DNA of 64,000 nt from the human T2T-CHM13v2.0 reference genome, Homo sapiens, in the NCBI RefSeq assembly GCF_009914755.1, contig NC_060937.1. One strand, 5' to 3'. The notes beneath the pieces are model-generated. The model had not been told where the DNA came from, did no database searches, and saw only the letters and a list, made by a program, of their open reading frames with translations. Shown here piece by piece: positions 1 through 12,872 of this stretch. The stretch's first letter is position 1; each line of letters starts with the position of its first letter. The position numbers and the translations under genes are program-made.

Positions 1-109
1 GATCACACTGCCAAGCATTGTGTTTGGGATGGAGAGTCACAGATGAGAAGAAATGGCCTTTGGGGAACATGGAGTCTCATGGGAGCAGGAGAGGTGAAAG
101 CAGTTGCAG

Positions 110-960
110 CCGATGAAATTCAGGGCTTGACACCACAAAGTACGACACCTTGGCATTTGAGAAAACCACAGACGCAGGAAGGACCCTCTGACCTTCTCCC
201 ATCCCTCTCCCCTGAAGCAGGTGATAAAAACTAGAAAAGAGGCAGGGCACAGTGGCTCATGCCTGTAATCTCAGCACTTTGGGAGGCTGAGGCAGACGGA
301 TCACCTGACGACAGGAGTTCGAGACCAGCCTGTCCAACGTGGTGAAACCCCATCTCTACTAAAAATACAAAAATTAGCGGGACGTGGTGGTGGGTGCCTG
401 TAATCCCAGGCATGGGAGGCTGAGGCAGGAGAATCCCTTGAACTCAGGAGACAGAGGTTGTAGTGAGCCGAGATCATGCCACTGCACTCCAACCTGGGCG
501 ATGGAGTGAGACTCCTTCTCAAAAACAACAACAACAACAACAACAAAACTAGAAAATAATTTTCTGACCTTCCCCAGAATTAGGTCATAAGATCCTCATG
601 TGAGAGGTGCCCACCTCATATCTGGAAGTAATGAATGTCCTTGTTCTGAGGACATGAGGACAGAGAAGAAACTGAGAAAACAGGCCTCATTCAAAAAGTG
701 TTGCCTTGGTTTGTTACCATTAGGCCCTTCCTCCTTTGTCCGATGATACTTCTCTACAGCTATCCACGAAGTCACACCCAGCATCAAGATGCACAGATCA
801 CTCTGTTTCTTTGGGTCTTCATTTTCCAAGGCTCTCATGTCACATGAGACTTACTTTAGTAAATCTGTACGCTTTCCACTTGTTAATCTGTCTTTTGTTA
901 CTTGGGCTTCAGCCGTGAACCCAGTAATGGCTGAGAAAGGAAATATTTCCTCCAGTGTCC
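110..960 (+). mobile_element. Old ERV1 (MER4-group, MER34/MER31-like) solo LTR interrupted by an Alu
   Basis: 5' part CACCACAAAGTACGACACCTTGGCAT...GCAGGAAGGACCCTCTGACC and 3' part CTTGTTAATCTGTCTTTTGTTA resemble MER4-group LTRs from memory; subfamily and ends uncertain. Confidence 0.55.
241..544 (+). mobile_element. Full-length AluS
   Basis: Alu dimer with (CAA)n tail; TSD AAAACTAGAAAA at 227-238 and 545-556. Confidence 0.95.
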
Positions 961-1399
961 AGGCCACTGTGATATGCGCAATGAGGGGGTCTGAGTAGAG
1001 ACCCAACTGAATCCCATCTCTTCATAGAGACACAAAACCTTTATTTAGAGCAAATAAAATATCCCTAAATCTCCACTGTAACCTGAAAAGACAAAAGCTA
1101 TTATGATATGGACAAAACTAAGCTCAGCAAGAAAATGCTGTTGGTGTGTCTACTTTTTCTTTGGTTTACTTTCTCATTGGAAAATGCAATATGGTTAAAC
1201 ACTTTTCCCCACATAATCTTTTTCTGATGTAATATTTTGTCTTCAGCCCCATGAGACTTCAAGATCTTAACATAAAGTTGAAAACCTTGAGAGAGTTACT
1301 TGTATTCCTGTGGGGTCAATAGAAAGCCTTTCCTATGGGCCTTTCTGAGGGCAAACATCTAACATCTGTGGGTTTCCAGGACCTCATGATGTAGTCTAA

Positions 1400-1705
<306 letters not shown>

Positions 1706-1926
1706 TAAAGTCTTTTCTACCTTCATAAAGGTTGACGAAAAGCTCAGATTTTTCCACAAATGAGCTATTTGAAAGCCACAAACACAGACTAACACCTATT
1801 ACAGTTGTTTGGTCAGTAAATAAAAATTACTAATAATGTGGGAATTATTATCTTTTTGACTGTGGGAGTAAGTGCTTCTCTGGTACAGGTTTCCTGTTAT
1901 CTTTATGTGGGCAAAAGAAAGACATA

Positions 1927-1927
<1 letters not shown>

Positions 1928-1965
<38 letters not shown>
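1928..1965. repeat. (CA)n microsatellite
   Basis: Perfect CA run of about 19 units. Confidence 0.97.
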
Positions 1966-1967
<2 letters not shown>

Positions 1968-4411
1968 CAGTTGACTGGGATTCTGAAAACCAAATTCTCA
2001 TTGTTATTCTGACAGCCTCTTTTCACTTTCAGTGTTTTTGTTGAGATGAGGCTTGAATGTAGTGTAGGGAGGATTTCAATTGTGCAACTGTCTTTGGCTT
2101 TATACAAATTTTTAACCAATAGGAAACTTCTCAAGGACAAATAAAAAAGCAAAGAGAAAAAGGTGCTGTTAGACCTTCAACAGTAAGTCAGTTTCACAAT
2201 ACTATTTTTAAATTTCCTATTAAAATATCACTCTATTTCTTAGTACATCACTTTGGCATATCTGCTTCTTTCTCTGTATTAATAAATAGCGCATACAGTT
2301 TGCCTTTGGTACTTTGTACAATGTTGTTTATCTCAGTGTAAATTGGTAGCGTGTCCACAAAGGCGATTGGAGTGTGAGGCGTGAGTCCTTAGGAGCCTGT
2401 CTGCCATCTAAGCCCTGTTAGCATTTTCCTTTACTAATGTTGGGGTGGGGGGACCTCAGAAGGGGCACAGCAAGCATATGAAAGTTTTGTTACAGAGATG
2501 CCAGTATTTGTCCTTAGAACAGGTCCAGTTGACAAAGGCACTGCAGGATATGAAAGATTCTCATTACAATGTCACGGCAACATGACTGAAATTATTAACT
2601 CTCCACGTGGGATGATGGATGGTATAGGGTGGAGATGTCCTTGGCAGAACATGTTGCTTAATTATCTTCTTTTAGTACCAGCTTACTGTCACGTTCCTAT
2701 GATCGAGTACTATTCCAAATGAATTCATAAAGAGAGAATATTTAAAGATCTTATCCAATAAAAGAGCAGATTAAATGTCAGATCTTCATTAGTGGTTCTT
2801 TAATCAAGTTCTTTTTGTGGTTTTATGACAAATGCTTTCATTTTTGGCACTTGAACCTAAGACCCCCAGGTCTAAAAGGAACTTTTCTCATTTGAAATAA
2901 AGGGGGATTTAATGATTTTCAAAAGTAGAATTTATGGTCTGGTGGATAAGACTTATAAGTAGAATCTGGAGAGCCTTTAATTTTAGTGTTGGAATGAATG
3001 ACACCTCGGATCTTTTACAGGGCTGTAAAGCCCTGTGACTTAGTTTCCCTATAGGTTAGAAACAGAATGCCATAAAATATACGAATACTTGTAATGCTGT
3101 AGATTGGTAACATTTATCAGGCGACATCAGGATTCTTAATAGTCTGCAGTGGGCTCATGTCATTCTTAAAAAAATATAGTCGCTACCTTTAAGCAAGTTA
3201 CCCATGTAATTGATTTAATTAGTTAATATTTGAGAAATATTTTAGAGATGGAATGGATAATGGGATATCATTATATCCAGGCCTGCACCAAAACAGACTT
3301 TAGTAGCATTCTGGTTTTCCAGATTAGAAGAACATTTTATGAACAGGAAAAACCGACCACAAGGAGCTTCAAGAATGCCCATCCCAGGCGGTTTCCAGGG
3401 AATCCTGAAGTAAAGTATCAGATCCAGAAACAGCATAGCTCTGCTGTGAAGGAGTTGATTCAGCAGAGCAACGAAACTAGCCTGTTTCTGATAATACGGA
3501 ACTTAGAAATAACTTTTATTTTATTTATTCCAAATAATTTATAATTTATTATTTCCAAGTGTATTTATGGTCCTGGTTATCAGATGCAAAAATAAAAATG
3601 GATAAACAAAATTTAGCTACCTGAAACCAAGTCTATGTGTTCATATATTAGAAAATCGTATGCATCCAAAGCCAAAGTCAGGTGTTTGTCTCATCTGAAG
3701 AGTTTTTGTGTGAGAGATTATAGCCTTTAGACCCTTACGCCGGGTTCAGATATGAAGGAAATGGTCTCATAGATGACTTCTTTTTGGTCTATTAATTTGT
3801 AGACCAATTGGAACTCTTTGTAAGCAGGATACTTATGGTACAGTAATCAGTGCTGCTATTGAGGATGACTTGAGACGAAACAATATTGTGGTGGAACTCT
3901 GGATCATGAAGTCCAATGATTTACACTCAACTGAGTATATTAATTAAATTGTAACTAATGATTCTTGTTACACAGGTGTGGGTGCTTTCAAAGATCAAAT
4001 AAAATAAAATAAGTGTTAATACTCAAAAAGATAATAAAATATAAAATATTAAAACAAATATCATATAAGACCCTAAAATAGAAAACAGTAATCAATTGGG
4101 GCCTGTTTATATTTGCATTAAGTCATTAAACTAAATCTATTTCCTTTTTAGATAGGATACGGTTCTCACAGATCAGATATAGCAAATATGGTCCCTGTGA
4201 AAGCCTCATAGTCTTTCTTTATGAACTAGCTGTAGAAATATGGGCTGGCATATAACACATTTACAGAGGTTTTAGTTCACTGGAACAGCTGTATGCGGGA
4301 TGTGTTGATGAATTAATATTAGCTTTGGGGAGAATCTAGTAGTATAACAAAGGGCTATGTGATTGTTCATGTTCCATTTAATGTATATATTTTTATCAAT
4401 GCCTTCACTAT

Positions 4412-4617
4412 AGAACACTTGAACACAGGAAGGGGAACATCACACACTGGGGCCTGTCATGGGGTGGGGGGAGGGGGGAGGGATAGCATTAGGAGATATA
4501 CCTAATGTAAATGATGAGTTAATGGGTGCAGCACACCAATATGGCACATGTATACATATGTAATAAACCTGCACGTTGTACACATGTGCCCTAGAACTTA
4601 AAGTATAATAAAAAAAG
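4412..4617 (+). mobile_element. 5'-truncated L1PA 3' end
   Basis: GGGGAGGGATAGCATTAGGAGATATACCTAATG...CCTAGAACTTAAAGTATAATAAAAAA is the primate L1 3' UTR terminus. Confidence 0.93.
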
Positions 4618-5004
4618 AGAAACTACTCAATACATATTGAAAAAGAAAATGAACAATTTATATAAAATATGAGCAGTATGCTTATTGGATAATGACAGCT
4701 GAAGAGGTAGATATTCAGAATGAGATTTTTAGGTTAGAATAGAGGGGGAGATCAACCAGGTACAACTTTACAGGGATAGAAGCAAAGTCATGTCTATAGT
4801 GGAAAGAAATATTGATGTAAATATCAGGCAGTAGCTTGACAGCAGTACCTGTAAGGAAGGCTAGGGGATGGAGGTAGTATGTGACTCAGCTTCTACAACT
4901 ATTAACTTGCAGGGACTACAGATTACTTACATTCTAATCTTTAGGAATTAGCCTGGTATCTGGGCATGAAGAGCACTCATCAAAGGTTTGTTGAATGTGG
5001 GAGA

Positions 5005-5775
<771 letters not shown>

Positions 5776-5912
5776 CTGAATGGCTGAGAGATTCTAGATG
5801 TAATTAGATTCTAGATGAGTATTGATGTAGATGGCATCCATTTGCAATCTCTATTTCTAGGAAACAGAAGAAAAATGGGAAAGAAAATATGCTCATTTCA
5901 TTAAACCGTAGA

Positions 5913-6320
5913 GTGCTTTTTAGTCCATTTTTCCTGCTATATATAATGGAATACCACAGACTGGGTAATTTATAATGAACAGAAATTTATTGACTCACAT
6001 TTCTGGAGGCTGGAAAATCCACAATTGAGGGGCCGGCATCTGACAAAGGCCTTCTTGCTGTGCTATGACATGAAGACACCACATGGAGAAAGAGCAAAGA
6101 GAGGGAAGAGGGGGGGAATGGAGGGGGAAGGGGAGTGTGAGGGGGAGAGGAAGACGGAGAGGGAGAGGGAGACCTGCTTCTGCATAACAGCACTAGCTCA
6201 TTCACGAAGGCAGAGCCCTCATGATCTAAGCACCTCTTAAAGGTCCCACCTCCCAATATCATCACAATGACAGTGAAATTTCAACATGAGTTTTGGAGGG
6301 ACAAACATTGGAAGGGTAGC
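5913..6320 (-). mobile_element. MST (MaLR) LTR
   Basis: TAGTCCATTT...AATACCACAGACTGGGTAATTTATA...AAGGTCCCACCTCCCAAT...TTTCAACATGAGTTTTGGAGGG typical of reverse MSTB/C/D. Confidence 0.8.
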
Positions 6321-9013
6321 AGCTTTTACACAGAAGACTGAGTAAAATTAGTTCGCTTTACCCCACAGGCAGAACTGAGAGCATGAATGAAATTTTCTGG
6401 GAAGCCCCTGCCCTTTAGAAGAGATATTGTAACCTTGTAGTGACTGGTGTTATCACTCCTGAAACCAGCTGCTTTGCCAGTCTGTGAATTACACAGTCAA
6501 GATACTTGCACCTAGTGAAAGCTTAAAGGGCCATCCACCTGGAATGAAGCAGGAAGGAGTCATGTTTAGGGGAGGGTTGTTGGCGGGTGGAGGTATGGAA
6601 AGGTTGATGCAAGGTATAAAAATAACACTGGTTAACTCTAGAAAGAGTGTGTTTACATTCTAGTTTCAAAGGGCATTGATCTTACCTCACAATGTTAGCA
6701 TATTAACTATAGAGAGATTATAATGACATCTCGTGGAAACTACATTTCTGTTGATTAACTTATGTGAAGCCTAAAACTTACTTTGTGCATTAAATAATTA
6801 AGCCAATTACCTAACAAATTTAGACTTTTCTGTACTTTCATTTATTTTTTAACAGAAAATGTAGTGTAGACTAATTGTTTACAAATGTCACACATGGAAT
6901 CACCCAGGAAGCTTCTTTAAAAAATCCTAATGTCCAGGCTATTCTGTGTAATAATAAAGTCAAAAACTTTAAAAATTTATAGTAAAAATAAAAATCCAGA
7001 AAGGGTGTTGTTAAAAATAATCCACAAGCCTGTAGAGAAGGTCTTGAAGGCAACAATTATGACCACATTAGAGAAATGCATTCATGAAAACAAGACCCAC
7101 AGCCATTTTAACTCTGGTAGTTTCTCTGTTCTAAAGACTGTGTGATTTAGAGGGACTAGAGTTTGTTTGTAACAAGAAACAAGTGGAGGCCACAGCTACA
7201 GGCAAATGCATTGGACTAAATGGCCAGGTGTTTATTCATTTTACCTCTATGTGGTATTTTCTATATCTGCTAGTGAAGATTATTGGCGTTACCACTTGAG
7301 AGACTCTGAGGGTCAATGTTTTAGTGTTTTTGATTTCTTTGCAGCACTGAATGTAGGCATTGTTATATTCATGGAACATGTAGAAACACGTGCTTCATTA
7401 ACTAAGTGGAGACTCAGTCTACTGAATATTTTTTAGTTGTTGTTCATGATAGTTTAAAATATAATGGCTTCTAATGACTTTTAGCGTTAGCTATACTATT
7501 CAATCCTTTGTTCCCCACACTAAAGCACTTTCAAAGATTGCTTTATATTGCATTTAAAAGCTTGGTTACCTAAGTTGTTAACAAAATATTTCTGTAAGTT
7601 AACATTTTTGTTGTTGATGCTGAGATAATAATGCCCATGCATGCCTAAACCGTGGTTTCTTTAGCTGAGAGCAAGTCCAATAGCTTTTATAATACTTCAA
7701 GACCTATACACACTTTCGTAGTTATAAATGAACATGATAGAAAAGTTATTTATTTGAGACAAGTCTAATAGTTGAAGATTTTTAAAAAATAGTAGTGTTT
7801 TAAGGGTAATATTGCCTTGGCATTGATTCTCTGTTCAATATTTTGAACAGTAAAATATGATAATTCATGTTACAAATTAAGAGAAGCTAAACCCACTATA
7901 AATGACAAGGTAATTTAAAAATGACTTATTTCAGTAATAAAACAGGTTTCGTCCATCTCTTCTATAGTTTAGTCTTATCTGAGAACTCATCCATTTTCCT
8001 TTACTGCACTGACTGGATGAGCTATTGATGAAGAAATTGGGAAACTTTTTTGAAATCACCAACTTTTATATGTCTTATGTCAAGAGTCGGCTTCCATTGT
8101 CTTCCAAGAATTATGGTACACTTCAAAAGTCAGAGCTAGATAGATTCTTTTGTGAATGGAGGAACTATCCCAAGATTAGCTTGTGACTGTGATGTTTACA
8201 TGCTTCTTGATTCCATTGAATGCCATCATTAGCTTAAATACTGTTTGTTGGAGCCAATGAATAAACTTAAATGACTCTAGTATTAGTAGAATATAGAAAG
8301 GAATAATAGATATTAGCCTAAATAGCTTCAGAAGAATGAATCCTTTGCCCGGAGACAACAGATAAGTAGTCTGCACTGCTTCCTGAGTGGGCGCCATGTG
8401 TTCATCAATGCTTTCCTGAAGTTTATTTGAAAACTCTACATCTTTAATTGGTTGCTTTGTTAATACACTAATAATACCCATTGTATTAGCACCCATACAT
8501 GTCATTAGTTTATTAAAGTAACATCATTACCATGGAATAACCTGATTTATATTTTTTCAAAACAGTCTTTTTAAAGACATGGATCTAATATTGAATGCAT
8601 TTCCTGAAAGCACTATGAAGACACTAACGGGTAGCACTTTATAAGTTTTAACATTTCTGGAACAGGGTAGAATTCGCTGATATTTACTCTGTGCTTCCCA
8701 TTCAGTGTTCCTGTTATACATTTCTATCATTTGATTCTTTTAACATTTTATTGCACTTAACTGATAACATGCCCTGCCCCAGTGCCGAAAGTCCAGCCTG
8801 CCTGTCTACATGTAAATGGATAACATTTGTGTTTGTTGGAATGAATAAAAAAAGATTAATTGGTTATGCAATCACATTAAAGTATCTATGGTAAGTTTGA
8901 ACTTAACCAAGAGGCTGGACAGAAACTATAGGGCCAAAATTTGGTATGACATATAGAAAACTTGTGAATTTTTGTTTGTAATAAGACCCTAGGCATCAAC
9001 AACACTATGAATC

Positions 9014-9411
9014 TGTTGAATCAAGTTTAGCCTAACTGCCTCCTTACATATTTTCTGTTCAGCCTAAAGGTTTCTCTGTACATAGTGAACTATAATCTAA
9101 AGGGAGGTGTAAACAGATTGTAACCTACTTTTGTGCCAATTGCTGAGTTTTGGTCAATCAAAGGGGGCCAGCTGTTCAAACCACATTCAAATAAGGCAAA
9201 CACTGAGCTGTAACCAATCCAGCTGTTTCTGTAGCTGGTTTCCATTTTCGGTATATCACTTTCCTTTCTCTGTCCATAAATCTGCTACGACGTGGCTGTG
9301 CTGGAGTCTCTCTCAGCCTTCTCTGATTTGGGAGGCTGCCCGATTGGCGAATTGCTCTTTGCTCAGTTAAATTCTGTTGAATTTAATTTGGCTAAGGTTT
9401 TTATTTTAACA
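9014..9411 (+). mobile_element. MER57-type ERV1 solo LTR
   Basis: TG...CA termini; TGTTGAATCAAGTTTAGCCTAA, AAATAAGGCAAAC, GCTGTAACCAATC match recalled MER57A. Confidence 0.8.
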
Positions 9412-11143
9412 CATTATAGAGGTGCAGATAAACAATGATAAGATGTCAAAACCCTTCTGGGGAGCACTGGAAGCCTCTTGCTATGATTCTATGATATAAT
9501 TCAAACACCATATTTTGCTGACAACTTCCTGAGTGATATTGGAAATACAGACATACTGCATTTCTGGCCAAACAACCATGACATACACTGTAGATTTGGA
9601 ATGAACGCTATTAAGATAACCCATCCCTCTCTCTAGACAGGCAGGCAGCCAGCCATGTGTGTCCTCTCTTCTTCTTTATCACCAAGAATGACTGGGAGCT
9701 AGAGCAGCAATGTTGATGGGCATTGATCTGTTTCAGAAACATCTCAAGGACTGAGAAATGACTTCGGGTGTTCCCTTTTCAAAAGATGCTATCTCATTTC
9801 CTTACTAAAGAGATGAGAAAAAGGGTGGAAATTTAGAGATGCAAGGTAAGAACTCAAATAATGTGAATTAAGTCTGAAGGAGATTTTTTTCCCCTCCTAT
9901 GAGGTATTTACTAGCTGATAATCCTGCAGTGAAAGAATATCCAACCAGTGAGAGTTAGGAAAAAATATGGATTGTTGATTTGGAAGGAGACTAAAAAACT
10001 ATCCCTGTCATAATTTTTTTTCATTTTACACCCCCTTAAAATAACTAAGAAAAATATTGCTTTTATAAAACACTGCAGTGAACACAGCCCTGGAATTCTG
10101 GTATTATAACAACTTTCAGGTGGAGGCATAAAGTGATATTCCAAAATGTTAAAAATCATCAATACGAGTAAAAATCTGACTTTGAATATTGAACTGCAGT
10201 GTTATTACTTCCTCTTGGTGGTGTGTTTCCAATTTTAGGGACTGTGGGGGAAAGACAAGCTGCGCACATACATGCATTCTCCCAATATCAGCCCCATTCA
10301 TTTGGATGGATCTAATGATTTTACTTTCAAACTTAATGCCCCTGAGATTCCCTAATAATCTCACATTCTATCAGAAATGCCCCCACCATCAAAACGATGT
10401 CTTATGAATTCATTTCTTTGATTTGTAGAGTGGCAGGGTACCTAAAGTTAACATTTGTCACAGTGTTGCATAACACCTTCATTAGGCCAATTACAGAGAG
10501 TGGCTTGAGTGGGCAACCTGTGGGCAGTCATGGTCCCGTGTATCTTCCCACCGGCACTGCTGGGACCAGAGTGTGGGTGACAGAACAAAAGGATTCCATC
10601 CAAATGTGTTAGCAGGCCCCTTCAGGTAGGCTGTGGCAGGAGAGAAGAGGAAGGATGGTTCAACAGATTATTAAGAGAATGTTTCAACATTAAAAATATG
10701 GGGCAATTATATGAACACTACATGCTACTAAAAGTAAAATATAAAATAGAAATGTTCTGAGGAAGAAAAACACATTCAAATGCAAATGAAGAGAACCAAA
10801 ATGAGAAAATAATGAGCCAAATAGCAAAAGTTAAAACTTGGGTATGTTTGTCTTTCAATAAATCTCTTCTCCATTTGAAAAACAACTAAATGTCTCTATT
10901 CCATTATATTAGATTTAAAAATTCTTAGAGTTTAAGGAGTAGTTTTTTTAATAAAGTCATATACACATCCAAGCATAATAATTTACTATTCACTACAGTG
11001 ATTTCAGCATAGTGTGTTATATTCAGTATATATGTAAATGCCTCAAGAACATGATCGTAATGCTGATTAAACTCCTCAGTAAAATATTCTCTCAATACAA
11101 ACTTTGCTTTTCTATCGTTCGGATTTTGTTTAGGAAGAAAATT

Positions 11144-11981
11144 TCAACAAGCCTGCCACATAGACAGACTTCGAAGACAAAGACTTTTTTGAAATAGAAA
11201 GTTACAGAGTTTCTCTTTTAAAAGTTCCTTGTGTTTATACATCTTTGGGTGTTGCTCTTCCTTCATTATCAGAGAGAGCAGTGCCTCAAGTCTAGTGTCA
11301 GAGGCATCTGTCTGCAGCCAAAGCACTTTGTCAAAGTCAGGAGGGCTTAATAAGGCTCGATTTTCACTGAATGCATTTGTTAGGCTGTTGAATGTTAAAT
11401 CGCAAGCTGAATCATTGTGCAATTGCTTTCTTTTCTGTCTTTTTTTTCTTTTTCTGGCCAAGTCAGAAATGGCTCTGCAGAGACAAGCTCTGAGTTATCC
11501 ATTAGTGGATTAATGAATGACAATTTGTACTAAAACTAATCTCTTTTTTCCTTTCAAATGAAGCTCATCTTCCTCAATGTGTTTTTTCCACGAGGTGCAT
11601 GAAATTATCAACATGTTACCAAGAAGATGAATTCTGTGTGTGACCCATCAGCATCGTCGATACGTAGCAGTGTTATGGCAGAGCTCCAGCATAAAGCCAC
11701 AGCATGACACCAGGGTTGGAGAGGACCTAATACCTGCAGTCTTGGGCAGCCAGGGGATTTGTTGCTCTACACCAATTTGCTCAAATATAGAACACATACA
11801 TTTACCGTTTCCCATAGATATATCAGCAGCTCCTTTCCCAGAGATGGTTGAAAACCTTTGGCTCTGTTTTGCTGTGTCTGCTTTCTAAACCTTCTACCCT
11901 TCTTTAACTTGCTGACTATCCATTTGGATGCTGGCTGACTGATTTCTCGATGAACCTCCTCTTCAAATTGGGCTTTCAGAA
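11144..11981 (-). mobile_element. Decayed Ty3/Gypsy pol fragment (RT, connection, RNase H); MamGyp-int-like
   Basis: Minus-strand translation in order: EEEVHREI, KELLIYL..YLSKL, QIP..KTA, MLELCHNTATYRR, LGNMLIISCTSWKKHIEE, ISDLARK, PDFDKVLWLQTDASDTRLEALLS..EEQHP; collinear with Gypsy RT and RNase H motifs; stops and frameshifts present. Confidence 0.8.
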
Positions 11982-12872
11982 ATTGAATATACTCTCTGTG
12001 GTGGGTAGTATATTGTCCACAGGCATCTGCAAGTGAGGTAGAAGGCAGCATATTGAATATACTCTCTGTGATGGGTAGTATATTGTCCACAGGCATCTGC
12101 AAGGGAGGGAGAAGGTAGCATATTAGATATACTCTCTGTGGTGGGTAGTATTGTCCACAGGTATCCACAAGTGTGGGAGAAAGCAGCATACTGAATATAC
12201 TCTCTGTGGTGGGTAGTATATTGTCCACAGGCATCCACAAGTGAGGGAGAAGGTAGCATATTGAATATACTCTCTGTGGTTGGTAGTATTGTCCATGGGC
12301 ATCCACAAGTGAGAGAGAAAGCAGCATATTGAATATACTCTCTGTGGTGGGTAGTATTGTCCACGGGCATCCACAAGTGAGGGAGAAGGTAGCACATTGA
12401 ATATGTTCCCTGTGGTGGGTAGTATATTGTCCATGGGCATCCACAAGTGAGGGAGAAGGCAGCATATTGAATATACTCTCTGTGGTGGGTAGTATTGTCC
12501 ACAGGCATCCTCAAGTGAGGGAGAAGGTAGCATATTGAATATACTCTCTGTGGTGGGTAGTATTGTCCACGGGCATCCACAAGTGAGGGAGAAGGTAGCA
12601 CATTGAATATGTTCCCTGTGGTGGGTAGTATATTGTCCATGGGCATCCACAAGTGAGGGAGAAGGCAGCATATTGAATGTACTCTCTGTGGTGGGTAGTA
12701 TTGTCCACAGGCATCCTCAAGTGAGGGAGAAGGTAGCATATTGAATATACTCTCTGTGGTGGGTAGTATTGTCCATGGGCATCCACAAGTGAGGGAGAAG
12801 GTAGCATATTGAATATACTCTCTGTGGTGGGTAGCATTGTCCATGGACATCCACAAGTGAGGGAGAAGGTAG
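11982..12872. repeat. 68/70-bp minisatellite, left arm (about 13 units)
   Basis: Unit AGCATATTGAATATACTCTCTGTGGTGGGTAGTA(TA)TTGTCCACAGGCATCCACAAGTGAGGGAGAAGGT. Confidence 0.97.

Noticed and set aside
1-4. Window starts with GATC
   Set aside because: May be a Sau3AI/MboI clone end or chance; not biological
231-546. Alu-derived ORFs (also near 33016, 53242, 53801, 57931, 61417)
   Set aside because: Typical Alu peptides such as SPRLECSG, not genes
2150-2720. Impression of similarity to human subtelomeric duplicon sequence
   Set aside because: Unverifiable recollection; requires BLAT for multi-copy hits
8176-8505. 109-aa minus ORF with SIDEHMAP and YLLSPGK, faintly like piggyBac or hAT transposase motifs
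   Set aside because: Only isolated residues match and no collinear motif series was found; needs an HMM search
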